Below are positions 1-12,712 of a stretch of 64,000 nt of DNA, in pieces. This DNA comes from Octopus vulgaris. Taxonomy: Eukaryota. The stretch spans positions 1,984,001 through 2,048,000 of the forward strand of contig OX597837.1 of the NCBI GenBank assembly GCA_951406725.2, read 5' to 3'. The notes beneath the pieces were generated by a model. The model was given only the letters and a program-made list of their open reading frames with translations. It did not search any database and was not told where the DNA came from. Within the stretch, counting starts at the first letter, position 1. The number at the start of each line of letters is the position of its first letter. The translations under genes were made by a program, and so were the position numbers.

Positions 1-139
1 CGCAAAGCAGGAAAATAGCGGAGAATATTATGTAGAGCGTGAATATATTGTTGGATATTAAATAATCTTCAGTTGGGAAGCTGATGTTTCACGTTTCCGA
101 TTGTTCAGACGACTGAAAGAAGGAACACATGAAAAGCTT

Positions 140-329
140 CACTGTTTTACGACATTCCTCTTTGGATAAAAGTAGGAACCAGAAAATATTTAGCAAAGTC
201 AAGGTTCGAATAGGCTGAGGATTGTGAATGCATGGGTCTGTACGAGTTACATATACCTCGGAAAATGCTCAACAGGATTAGGTCTCTATCGTGATGATGG
301 ACTGTTCATTTTGCCAGATATGAACAAAT
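140..329 (+). mobile_element. Degenerate Penelope-like element (PLE) reverse transcriptase fragment
   Basis: Manual translation gives AEDCECMGLYEL (~214-249) and, after a frameshift, LGLYRDDGLFILPDMNK (278-328). These resemble the GAEvCELvGL and GLYRDDG motifs of Penelope-type RTs. The fragment is cut off by the mariner fragment that follows. Confidence 0.65.
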
Positions 330-334
330 ATGCC

Positions 335-750
335 GAATAGTTATGTGGCGATCCTCCAAAATGGCGGCTTCCACTTTATGGGTTGTGTCGTCATCAGTGG
401 CGGAATGTGGTCATCCAGGAATAGGAGCACTTTCCACCGATGTCCGACTACATTTGAGTTGGCGATGCCCTTGCTTGACTACGGTGTATGGTGGTGCATC
501 GTCACCATCAACTTCTTTCATCTCCTCGAAAGTCTCTTTTGGTGTATGACGTTTCAAGTATAACAACCTGATCACCGGTCTGCATTCAACTGCCTCCATT
601 ACAACAACCGTAAAAGACAAACGAATACTAGTGGAATGCTGCAAGTTACAATGTGTCATGTAAAGACATGCACAATTATAGTTGTACAAGTTCCGTTTCC
701 TGCAATTACCGGAAAGGGGTCAGGGGAAATCTGTAATGAACACCCCCTCG
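335..750 (-). mobile_element. Mariner 5' fragment (left TIR plus N-terminal HTH of transposase)
   Basis: ORF 411..689(-) contains MEAVECRPVIRLLYLKRHTPKETFEEMKEV...SVESAPIPG, homologous to the transposase at 48699. The terminus CGAGGGGGTGTTCATTACAGATTTCCCCTGACC (ending at 750) resembles the TIR of the 48532-49788 element. Confidence 0.85.
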
Positions 751-1084
751 TGTGTGTGTGTATGAATATATTGATTTTTAAATATGTGCGCCCGTATACA
801 TATATACATTTGTGAGTTTACATATGGGCATATACACACGTACATACATGTATGCGTTTATATACATAAATGAGATTGCACTGGGTTACGAAATTTTGTG
901 TCTTCTTTCCTTCTTTGTTTTTGGTCAGTAAGTGTTATTTCGTATTTGCTTAGAAATCAAAGGAAATCACTACAACTCCATTCAAACTTTGCTTCTATGA
1001 CCTGCACATCAATGCTTTAAAACTGACCTATTTCCCATTACATTTCAGACAGTTTCAGTGCTGAGTTGCTGAAGCAGAAATGTC

Positions 1085-1250
1085 ATTATAGCAAATATTC
1101 TGCTCCTTAATACCACAGATTTGCCAGTCAGTTAGTTCACTCTAACCGCTTGAGCATGGCCCTCAGTGGCTGACAATATATACATCACTGATCATAAGCA
1201 GTGGGAGAGTATCTTAGTCATGTTTTGAGAGGGATTCTTTGGGGTTAGAA
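1085..1250 (+). repeat. Interspersed repeat (unclassified), degenerate copy
   Basis: Aligns by eye to 45105-45235 (AGCAAATATTCTGCTC..ATACCACAGATTTGC..GTCAGTT..AGTGGCTG..CTGATCA). Confidence 0.7.
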
Positions 1251-1374
1251 CAAAAGCATTATTTGAAGGAAATATAAGCCATTTTTCATACTTCCTAGAG
1301 TTAAGGAACCAGGAAATAACTGTTGCTACCCGGGGGTAAAAATCGTGTTATACTGTTACATATGTACACGTGTG

Positions 1375-1545
1375 AGTCTGCGAGGCATTTCGTCCGTCTT
1401 TACGTTCTAACTTCAAATTCCGCTGAGGTAGACCTTGCCTTTCATCCTTTCGGGGTCGATAAAATACTGGTTGAGTTCTGGGGTCAATATATCCGAATTT
1501 CCGCCTCCCACCAAATTTTAGGTATTGTGTGTGTGTATACTGTAG
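1375..1545 (+). mobile_element. SINE family A, short form, partial
   Basis: Contains TTCAAATTCCGCTGAGG..GCCTTTCATCCTTTCGGGGTCGATAAAA, shared with more than 10 copies in the window. Confidence 0.8.
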
Positions 1546-2136
1546 AAAGGATATTCAAGTTTAAAAGTCAAAAACCATCCCTTGTACTTCGAAGTCCTAG
1601 CCATATTACTGTGTGTGTGTGTGTAATGTTAATGAACCCTTAGTGAGTTGTGATTTCCGAGCCAGAGTCGAACCTCTGCACATCTCAGCCCAATCATTCA
1701 GTCGTTGTGTTTGAAATCTGAATAAAAAAAAGAGAAATATTAAAGCTCAACAGAAATAATTATTCCTGCAACATTTTATCTTCTGTAATTTTATTTCTCA
1801 GTCTCTATGCAAGTGTGTGTGCGCGTGTGTGTATGCAAGTGTGTGCACGTGCGCGTGCGTGTGCGTGTGCGTGTGTGTGTTTGTGCGCACGTGTGTGTGT
1901 ACACACTCACATACAGTGTGAGAGAAACAGAGACACGCCGTCTTTATTTGTTCTAATTGTTTGCAATTTAGGCTAAAGTTTTTATTTGATGTATTTTATT
2001 TCGATCTTATTTTTGTTGTTGTTGTTGTTGTTGCTGCTGCATTTGTCCTTGTTTGTTGTATTATTTTTTGTTTTATAAGCATAATTGTTGCTACTGGTTT
2101 CACATATTTCTGTCTGAGAATATTTGTGTGTGCGAT

Positions 2137-2460
2137 AGAGAGAGAGAGGAGGAGAGAGAGGTAGAGAGAGAGAAAGGGAGAGCTAGAGAGAGAGAGAGAG
2201 AGCTAGAGAGAGAAAGAGAGAGAGAGAGAGAGCAAGAGAGAGAGGGGGGGGAGAATGTGTGTGCTTTCCATTTATTTTCTGCCTTGTCTTGCTATTTTAG
2301 AAGGTAACGAAAAAATATGCCGTATTTTAAGTTAATTTAGCAAAACATTTGTAAAGGAAGCAATTGAGAAAAAAATTAGGAGAAAATGAGGTGGGGAGAG
2401 GGACAGGGAGAGAGAGAGATGGACAGAGAAAGAGAAGGGGGAGAGAGAGAGAAAGTGAAT
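2137..2460. repeat. (GA)n purine-rich microsatellite tracts
   Basis: Directly visible. Confidence 0.9.
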
Positions 2461-2617
2461 GATAAATAAATATGGAAGGAAAGAAAATACAATTTGATAA
2501 TTGATCCCATTTAATGAAAATGCAGACGATCAGAAACTCCATGAATTTGTATTTATATTTAAATATCAAATTTTATTATTATTGAGGTTCTTCATGTTGT
2601 GGTGTTGGTGATGGATG

Positions 2618-2850
2618 AAGGCGGCGAGCTGGCAGAATCGTTAGCACACCAGGCGAAATGCTTAGCCGTATTTCATCTGCCGTTACGTTCTGAGTTCAAA
2701 TTCCGCCGAGGTTGACTTTGCCTTTCATCCTTTCGGAGTCGATAAATTAAGTACCAGTTACGCACTGGGGTCGATATAATCGAGTTAATCCGTGTGTCTG
2801 TCGTTGTTTGTCCTCTCTGTGTTTAGCCCCTTGTGGGTAGTAAAGAAATA
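2618..2850 (+). mobile_element. SINE family A, long-tail form, full length with 17-bp TSD
   Basis: tRNA-like head (GGCGGCGAGCTGGCAGAATCG..GAGTTCAAATTCC) and tail TTAGCCCCTTGTGGGTAGTAAAGAAATA. Flanked by the direct repeat GGTGTTGGTGATGGATG at 2601-2617 and 2851-2867. Confidence 0.9.
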
Positions 2851-2874
2851 GGTGTTGGTGATGGATGCTGTTAA

Positions 2875-3440
2875 GGTGGCGCCGGGCGAAATGCTTAGCA
2901 GTATTTCGTCTGCCGCTACGTTCTGAGTTCAAATTCCGCCGAGGTCAACTTTGCTTTTCATCCTTTCGGGGTTGATTTTATAAGTACCACTTATGCACTG
3001 GGGTAGATGTAATCAACTTAATCCGTTTGTCTGTCCTTGTTTGTCCCCTCTGTGTTTAGCCTCTTGTGGGTAATAAAGAAATAGGTAGTTCGCCCGTCGA
3101 TACGTTCTGAGTTCAAACTCCGCCGAAGTCGACTTTGCTTTTCATAAATTAAGTACCAGTGAAACATCAGGGTCGATGTAATCGAATTGTACCCTCCCCC
3201 AAAATTTCAGGCTTTGTACGTATAGTAAAAAGTATTATTATTATTCGGGCATGAGGACAGCGGGTGAAAGGCTTAGCGACATTTTGTCCGTTTTCATGTC
3301 CTGAGTTCAAATTCCGTCGATGTCGACTTTGCCTTTCATCCTTTTCAGATCAAGAAAATAAGTACCAGTTGAATACTGCGGTCGATGTAATCGACTTACT
3401 TCCTCCCCGAATTTGCCAACCTTGTGCCAAAATTTGAAAC
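2875..3440 (+). mobile_element. Cluster of tandem/nested SINE family A copies
   Basis: A long form (~2875-3083) runs into the 3' part of a short form (3084-3245, TTA tail), followed by another short form (~3255-3440) and a (TTA)n tract. Confidence 0.85.
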
Positions 3441-3488
3441 CGTTGTTGTTGTTCTTCTTCTTCTTATTATTATTATTATTATTATTAC

Positions 3489-3561
<73 letters not shown>

Positions 3562-3564
<3 letters not shown>

Positions 3565-3782
3565 TAGTTTTATTTTTATAGCGTGCTTTCACTTCACTAC
3601 CGAGCGCAGCTCTGTGTGCCTTGGCTATGTGCTGTGATTTGTTGTGATGCTCTGATGGTTATTGTATGGAAAGTGTTCTGCGTAGGATGTGTGCAGTGCC
3701 TAGTAGTGCAATTTTCTGTATGTTATATGTGTTTGTAAGTCCTGGTGTTTTTGCTATGTATTTGTCTGAATATTTTTTTATC
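3562..3782 (-). mobile_element. R4/Dong-like non-LTR retrotransposon, 3' end (5'-truncated)
   Basis: The reverse complement nearly matches 44780-45000 (KKYSDKYI..IQKIALLGTAHILRRTLSIQ* plus 3'UTR). Embedded in (TTA)n on both sides. Confidence 0.88.
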
Positions 3783-3825
<43 letters not shown>

Positions 3826-3894
3826 TAAAATTCTATTGCTATAAATATATTTTGTTTTTACCGCAGGTTACATTAATTATCGCAATTATTATTT

Positions 3895-4070
3895 GGCCGA
3901 ATCGTTAACACGCCCGACAAAATACTTAGTGGCATTCCTTCTTATCTAAAACATTCCGATTTCCAATTCCGCCGAGGTCGACTTCGCCTTTTCATCCTTT
4001 CCAGGTCGAGGAAAAGTTTACTATTTGAGCTTCCTCCTCCAGAATTTCAGGCCTTGTTCCTCGAGTAGAA
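3895..4070 (+). mobile_element. SINE family A, degenerate
   Basis: Core AATTCCGCCGAGGTCGACTTCGCCTTTTCATCC and tail AATTTCAGGCCTTG..AGTAGAAAG. Confidence 0.75.
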
Positions 4071-4089
4071 AGTTGAGATTACTCTTTAC

Positions 4090-4265
4090 TCCCTTTTACT
4101 TGTTTCAGTCATCTGACTGCGGCCCTGCTGGAGCACCGCCTATAATCGAGGAAATCGACTCCAGGACTTATTTTTTGTAAGCCTCGTACTTATTCTATCG
4201 ATCTCTTTTGCCGAATCAGCATCGGTTGTCAAGCGATGTTGGGGGGGATGGCAAACACAGACACA

Positions 4266-4308
<43 letters not shown>

Positions 4309-4310
4309 AC

Positions 4311-4377
<67 letters not shown>

Positions 4378-4549
4378 TATACATATATACGACGGACTTT
4401 CAGTTTCCGTCTACCAAATCCACTCACAAGGCTTTGGTCAGCCCGAGGCTATAGTAGAAGACACTTGCCCAAGGTGCCACGAATGGGACTGAACCCGGAA
4501 TCATGTGGTCGGGAAGCAAGCTACTTACCACACAGACACTCCTGCACCT
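4090..4549 (-). mobile_element. SINE family B (tRNA head, CORE-like CCTTGGGCAAGT box, internal microsatellite)
   Basis: Reverse complement of the unit seen at 23507, 25596, 29529 and 32215. Confidence 0.9.
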
Positions 4550-5055
4550 ATTATTAAATTATTCACTTAATTTTTTTTAACCTTATGTATTTACACCTCT
4601 GCGAGATATGAGAGACAATATGAAATCTTCGAAAAACTGAAATTTTATCAGCGAAACGTTTGACACATGACGGGCAGCACATTTTGAGATAACACATGTC
4701 ACACTAACAGCTGCTGCCCACACAGAAGCTAATTAATTCGAAAGAAGAGCAACAAGAAGGCTGTTTCGGTCAAGTTGAAGAGGGAAACACTATGAAAATC
4801 CGATAATTATTGCAAACGGAAAATATTGTTTCTGAGTGCGATCGTCATCACCATCGACAAAGTGTCCATTTTTTGTCGTCATCGTTATCCTTAGCAGCAG
4901 CAGCAGAAACATCGATATAGCGTTGTAACCTTCAACATATGTCTTCAGGAGAATCATCATTATCATCATCATCATAGTAATTTCAATCATCATTATATGC
5001 ACCCCCACCTTAACGAAATTGAAGTAAAAACAGCCTAAGTAAAAATCATCACCGT

Positions 5056-5119
<64 letters not shown>
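5056..5119. repeat. (TAG)n microsatellite
   Basis: Directly visible. Confidence 0.95.
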
Positions 5120-5180
5120 CAATAAAGGCGCAACAATGCTATAAGCATTCAAACTAAGGGAAATTGCATGTGTTATATAT

Positions 5181-5495
5181 GAAGGCGCGTGGCTTAGTGG
5201 TTAGGAACATTCAGCTCATGATCGTAAGGTTGAGAGTTCAATTCCTTTGTTTCCTTGAGCAAAACACTTTATTTCATGTTGCTCCTGTCCACTCAGCTGG
5301 CAAAAATGAGTAGTACCTGTATTTCAAAGGGCCAACCTTGTCACACACTGTGTCACGTTGAATCTCCCCGAGAACCACGTTAAGGGTACACGTGTTTGTG
5401 GAGTGCTCAGCCACTTGCACGTTAATTTCATGAGCAAGCTGTTCCGTTGATCGTATCAGCTGGAAAACCTCGTCGTCGCCACCGACGGAGTGCTC
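5181..5495 (+). mobile_element. SINE family C (tRNA-derived)
   Basis: A-box GTGGCTTAGTGG, B-box GAGTTCAATTCC and CCTTGAGCAA box. Homologous copies at 18298, 21490 and 31920. Confidence 0.88.
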
Positions 5496-5528
5496 CAATC
5501 AATCATATACGTACATACGTATATGTGC

Positions 5529-5603
<75 letters not shown>

Positions 5604-6717
5604 CCTATATATGTGTATATTCATTTGTGAACAGATGAGAGGTTGGTGGATATTTCCCTCATGTTATCACTACATGTAGAATCGTGTCTAAATGGTTAAA
5701 ACAACACAAAACAAGAAAGCTAAGACTGACCACATCGTCATCTTGGCGCCGGACCAAGTAAATCATAACAAATAAACCGAGGGCAGCAGCCGTTCCTGTC
5801 ATTTGTGCCATCTCAAATTGTGCCACCTATCATATGTCTGATCTGCTAATCACAAATCAATGAGGGCACATTAGTGTTTGCCTAGAATACGTTATTCGTG
5901 TGAAACCCCAAAAGAAATTAGATATCCATTCACGGAATACATATCATTGAATTTCTGTTCGTTAAAGAAGGATAGATATATGTTTAAGAAACACTTCCAG
6001 CACCAAGAACTCCAATAGTAAAAGATGTAAAACCTTCAACATACTGCAGACTTTTAGCGAAGGATTGCTGCAGCAACGACCAGAAGCCCCGATGCACGTT
6101 ACTCTACGTGAGTAATTGGCAGTTAGTATTTCGTCCCTTAATAACGGGACAATGAGCGTCACGAGTGCGAGGCACATAATATCATGCGCATTAAGAAGAT
6201 GGGGTCAGAAGAGAAAGCTTTCACATGTTTCTGGCTACAAAATGGAGATTGTTGGAAGGATGAGTGATATAATGGTTGGATAGAGGTTGACATTTCATAA
6301 AGCTCTGTCCAATAGCCTGGCAGATAGTGTCTGCTGCAATATAGGGATGACTCCGTTAAGAACACTTGATCGATATTTGGGGGCAGTATAGACGTTGTAC
6401 ATTTGATTCTATCTGGTCTTCAAGGTTAAATTTTGTCATTCTTACAGAATCGTATTCGACTCGTCATATACCACGAAGAATAACGTTTACGTATGTATGT
6501 GAGCATGGGTTTGCAACTATGTAGACGGAGGGACAGATTAATCCTACTGATTATGTAACTGTAGAGTCAGGCATTTAATATAGTAAGGGTGAGAAATTTT
6601 GACCTCCATGCATTGTCAAAACACTACACAAACGTTTCCCCCATTCATAAGTTTTGAAATATCAGGAAATAAGGAATGGAAATAAATTCAATACAATATT
6701 TGCATAAGTTCCAATGT

Positions 6718-6794
<77 letters not shown>

Positions 6795-6991
6795 CATACA
6801 TACATACATACATACATACATGCATGCATACATACATACATACATATTATACATACAAACATACATACATACATACATACATACATACATACATACATAC
6901 ATACATACACGGGTGAACCAACGAAGGAAAGGCACACAATACATTTCAGGCTTTGAAACTTGAAGTACCACGGAAATTGAATCGAACTGTT

Positions 6992-7045
<54 letters not shown>

Positions 7046-8101
7046 CACAGATATGTATAAAGGGTTTTGTGGCTATCAAATTCCAATCAAACGGCCCTGA
7101 ATAATCTGAAGCAACGCAACGGGATCGAAATCGAAGTAGGAACTCTATGGATGTGAAACGAATATTTTTGAATGTATAGAGCAATGCTGTTCCCCACAGT
7201 TTGCCTTATATTCCCGTGTGGTATCCAAGTAAGGTCAAATGACCCGAGGCGATGCGACCTTAGTGTCTCCGCTATGAAAGCATTGCAGATACCTTAACAC
7301 TTTACGAATAAGTGTATTATCAGCGCTTGTCTGATGATACAAAACCATTCCCGATCGATTCGGCTAGTTATTAATCAGTCTCCTTCTCTTTATCTAATCT
7401 CTCCCTAACATTTTATATTCTACTCTTCCAGTCTCCTCTCTCCCTCTCTGTCTTTCTCTGTTTCTTGCCATCGATTCTCTAATTCTTATTAACCAATTTA
7501 CAAACAGAGAGCAAGTGGAACAAACAAAACAAATCTAATATGAGTTTATTCCAAAAAGGGGCCACGATGTAACAGTGCTGGGGCTGGATGGGTGTAAGAG
7601 CTATATAGCCTGCAACGGAATAGAAACAACTCTTCTGCTCTTCCTTTTTTTCTGCCAAACCAGCTACCCCCCACACCAACTCTGTTTCGTCAGAGAGGTC
7701 GGCCATTTTGTATCTTTGATAACGAACCATAAATCTAATAGAGGCGATTAACAATAAGGATTTTTAGGTTTATATATTTTTTGTTTTGTTTTTACACATT
7801 ATTTTATTACATTTTACAGAAGGTCGTAGCAAGTTGCCAATTTTGCAATCAACGCCCACAAGCAAAGGTTTAAGCTAAGCCGTGCCATTTAAACTAACGA
7901 GTTATACAAACACCAACGAATTTTCTATGGCTAAATATAGGCTCCTTTATTATTGGTAGCTCTTAGGAATTGGCAGATTCCACCTAAAGAGTATTTGTTA
8001 AAGATATAATCAAATACCTGCTACTCTGTGTGTGTGTATGTGTATATATGTATGTATATGTGTATATGTGTGTGTGTGTGTGTGTGCGTGTGTGTGTGTG
8101 C

Positions 8102-8132
<31 letters not shown>

Positions 8133-8241
8133 TGATGATTATGTATATATTTATTGAGGAAATAAAGTTTATAATGTAGAATAAGAAAAAGGTGAAACAA
8201 ACGAATCATAAACACATTTATATAAATATATACACACTTAT

Positions 8242-8288
<47 letters not shown>

Positions 8289-8527
8289 CATACATACATA
8301 CATACATACATACATACACATATATAAAAATATAGGAATATATTCATGGGTACAGATTCTCATATATCAGTATGCACACATAAACACACATACAGTTATA
8401 TATAGATAAATATACACACGCGCGCGCTCGCACTCAAACAAAGCATCTTCTTTCTAAGGAAGCACTAAAACTCAGGTCGAATAAAAAGGAAAAGCAAAAG
8501 AATTAAAAACATATATACATATATATA

Positions 8528-8566
8528 GTAGAATATTTATCTATACACAAACGCACAAAGAGCTAC

Positions 8567-8598
<32 letters not shown>

Positions 8599-8669
8599 CT
8601 ACAGATATATATATAACCATAATAAGCATAGGAATACATATGCATACATAGTCACCTAAACACACAAAC

Positions 8670-8726
<57 letters not shown>

Positions 8727-8841
8727 TATATATGCGTGGATTTTATATACGGACGGACATATATAAAGCCATACACTCATATGTATATATATATATATAT
8801 TAGAATATTAATCTATACACACCCTCACAGAGATACATAAG

Positions 8842-8932
<91 letters not shown>

Positions 8933-9010
8933 CAGACAAACACCCACAGAGATATATAGCCATAACAAGTTTCGGAATATATATGCATACATAGTCATCT
9001 AAACACATAC
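8528..9010 (+). repeat. Diverged local tandem duplication (~270-bp period) interleaved with (TA)n
   Basis: TAGAATATT.ATCTATACAC..CCATAA..GGAATA.ATATGCATACATAGTCA.CTAAACAC occurs at ~8528-8670 and ~8800-9010. Confidence 0.75.
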
Positions 9011-10082
9011 ACATACATATATATAGTATAAAGATATGTTTGTGAGTGTGTGTGTATGGAGGCAGGTGCGTGTATTTAAAAACTAACGTGTGTAGAATAT
9101 GAAAGAAAAGTGTACTCGATCTTGTAGGTTATGACGTATTTCTATTGAAATTCGGAAACTCCACAAAACCTTTCTCAGTTTCCGACCTTCGGACAATATT
9201 ATGATCAATGGAACTAGGGAAACTGTATGTAATATAATAGAACATGTCTAGAATATTTTAATATCGCGACACATTTAAAGGGAGGGGCGAGAATAAACAT
9301 ACTGGATTTTTATATTCATTAAGCAAAATAACAGCTTTTTTGAAAATTTATTGCGAAGATAGATCAGTGAAATGGCGGGTGGCTGGTGCGTCAAAACAAG
9401 CGTGTATAGAAATGAAAAATAAAAGAATATAGAAAGGCGGGTATATGAATATATATAATATAAATTATGTGAGCGTAGATAGGAAATTATAGCTGAACTG
9501 TACAAGGCATGCAAGAGTAATAACTTACAAGTTTAAAGGATAAAAAAAATGAACAGTTTGAACGAAAAGAATTCACTACAATTTATTATTATTTTTACCC
9601 CATTTTAGAGAATTCCCGCCATTAAAATGTTTTATTTTTTATATTTTTCCCTCCCCTTTAAACTTAGAACATATTCCTGCTCCATCCTTTCTACATTTTA
9701 ACTATAATTTTCCATCTGCGTTCAAATGCACGTTTGTTTAATATATTGGCATTTTTATTCATATACATACATTTCTATGCCTGTTATTTCCATTTTCTGT
9801 ATTCTATAGACAAATATTTTTGTTCCCTACCATGTCCTTTCTTCGGCTTCACCTCCCAAAAGATTTTCAAATAACAGCAATTTTTGTTAATGAATGAGAT
9901 CCAGTAGCATTTTTTTCTGTTTCCATTCCAATCAAAATTAGTTATGATAATCAAATATTTCCTACATATTTTGTTATAAACCAATTCCATTGATGCGTTT
10001 ATCACAATACGTCGAAGATCGTTAAGAGAAATTCGCAGGAATAATTTTAATTTTACACTCATGCACACACACATAAATATAT

Positions 10083-10137
<55 letters not shown>

Positions 10138-10139
10138 GC

Positions 10140-10196
<57 letters not shown>

Positions 10197-10199
10197 ATA

Positions 10200-10243
<44 letters not shown>

Positions 10244-11093
10244 TCCACACACATATATAAATTCACTCAAATACATACATACACATTCATATACAGGTAT
10301 ACATATAAATTTACATACTCATAAATGCACACATAAACACATATGAATGCATATGTGCACGCTAGAGTGAGCGTACAAAAGAGACACAGACACACACAGA
10401 TATATATTACACACACACCCACAAACATTTATATTTTATTTCCAGTATGTCTCCGGCAAAAACAGACGGAAAATATAAAAAGAACAATAAAACAAATAAA
10501 TAAAACGCAAATGACTAAATATTGAAAGGCCAGAAATTGAAAAGCAGAAAATTAAAACACAATAAACTGGAAATAAAATAAAGAACAAAAAACAAATATT
10601 TAATCGAAAATAAAAAATTAAAAAAACTGATTTAACCAAAAATAAATTTTAAAAGATAAATATGCTTGGAAAATAGCCATTATAATTAATTCCAATTTTA
10701 CCTCAAGTATGACCAACAGAAAGCCAAAGGAGAACTACTTTGGTAAAGAATGAAATAGCGATTTGTCTTGCAGCTTATTTTATTGCTTCAGTGCATTTTA
10801 ACCATTTTCTTATCGTTTAATTTCGATTTTTGTGAAGGTTTTTTTTAAATATATATTGATGATTTTTTTCATTTGTTTATTTATTATATTCTTTGTTTTG
10901 AATATCTGACGTAAGAAACGAAAAATTCAAATAAAAGAATATATATATTTTGGAAAAGGAGCCTTGAATACGCCCGCTCTCTCCTTCTCATACGTGTGTG
11001 TGTGTACGCGTTTCTAATATAACTATGTAGTATAAGCACTCACGTAGGCACACACACACATATATATTAGATTGATGCATTACACACAAAGAT

Positions 11094-11145
<52 letters not shown>

Positions 11146-11579
11146 TTACACTTATACACTTAAACATAGACATATACAAACATACACTTATGCGTCCATA
11201 TATTTCCTTTTTTTCGTTTTTAATGGCTATCTTTATTGTACACCTTTTAGCGTTAATATCTCCATGTCACTGATAGTCTACAACACATTCTTTTCACCAA
11301 GATTCTCTTTTCTGCCAACATATCGATAATTACAGGAACTATTCTACCGTTATTATTGTCTATCACAAAAAAGAATTCTAGAACCACAACACAGAACCTC
11401 TTTCATTTGCCTCTTTCATACGGTACACACACAGACCCACATACACACACATTATATATATATATATACACACACACTATTTGAGCGTTGATAATATCAT
11501 AATCTTTGATTTTATGATGAAATAAAAAAAATTTATAGTTTTAAAATTTATTGAATGTATCTTATCTATAATTTTTTAA

Positions 11580-11970
11580 TCGCTCCAGCCATTCGACTGC
11601 GGTCATGCTGGAGCAGTGCTTTAAAAGATTTACACAAACTGACCTCAGTATTCGTTTCTTCATAATTTTTAGTCTCACACTTATTCTATCGGTTGCTTTT
11701 GCTAATCGTTAGTTCAAGTGCACGTACGTAGCCAGCACCAGTTTTCAAGCTGTAGTGGATCTCTCTCTCTCTCCCTCTTTCTATCTATCTATCTCTCTCT
11801 CTCTCACACACACACACACACGATGGGTTTCTTGCAGATTCTGCCTGCCAAATTCACGCATAAGGCTTTAGTCGACCTAGAGACAAAACAGAACATACCT
11901 GACTAAGAACCCACTAAGTGCGACTGAACACGAGACCTTACGGTTGGGAAGTAAACCTAACACACAACCG
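11580..11970 (-). mobile_element. SINE family B, degenerate
   Basis: Contains GACTGCGGTCATGCTGGAGCA and CCAAATTCACGCATAAGGCTTTAGTCG segments. Confidence 0.75.
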
Positions 11971-12274
11971 TTCTCGTTATTTTGGGTGGAGATCTATATT
12001 TCTACCATATTACATTTCATTTTAAAGGCAAATGCTTCCTATTCATTTAGAGAAACAGCATAGAATGTCAAATGGTTTTGAAAATACCCACCGAATGTAG
12101 AATGTAGCGGGATGCCATCGTGTACAAGTATAAGAGAACTCAACTGAATTTTAAGTCAGATGACCATTAAAGCTACTTCTTGTGTGGTCAGTTGTGTAGA
12201 ACTTGATCATTTTCAGTTGAAAACAACGATGAAATATATAGCTGCCTCTGTGTGTATATATATATATATATATA

Positions 12275-12425
<151 letters not shown>

Positions 12426-12652
12426 TACTAATATAGGATGAATTTTTTTCTCTACAGAAAAGAATTCCATCAAGAAATGTGGCAGTATATTAAAATACGT
12501 TTACGGTTAAAATTATAAACAACTTATAAGAAAGGGCTAAAGAAAATTATTCCAAAGCCAATATGCTGATTTTCCACATATAATCTACTCGCTACAGAAA
12601 AATTGAACTGAAGTCGGGCAAGCTAACCATTTGAATATTTAAATTTCGTTAT

Positions 12653-12712
12653 CTCTATATTGAATCAATTTCGGAATTAATCTCATAAAAGATTTATTCA
12701 TCTTCAGTAGAG
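12653..12712 (-). ncRNA. Minimal type-I hammerhead ribozyme motif
   Basis: Minus strand reads CTCTA-CTGAAGA-T-GAATAAATCT-TTTAT-G-AGATTAATTC-C-GAAA-TTGATTCAA-TA-TAGAG. Stem I is CTCTA/TAGAG, the core boxes are CUGANGA and GAAA, stem III (ATTGATTCAAT) is quasi-palindromic, and the cleavage triplet is AUA. The base of stem II is imperfect. Confidence 0.72.

Noticed and set aside
5181-5250. tRNA-like A/B boxes here and at other SINE heads
   Set aside because: No full cloverleaf, and they continue into SINE bodies, so they are not tRNA genes.
5700-6600. Unique-looking, moderately GC-rich stretch that may be an old LINE ORF remnant
   Set aside because: No recognisable motif in any frame by eye; BLASTX is needed.
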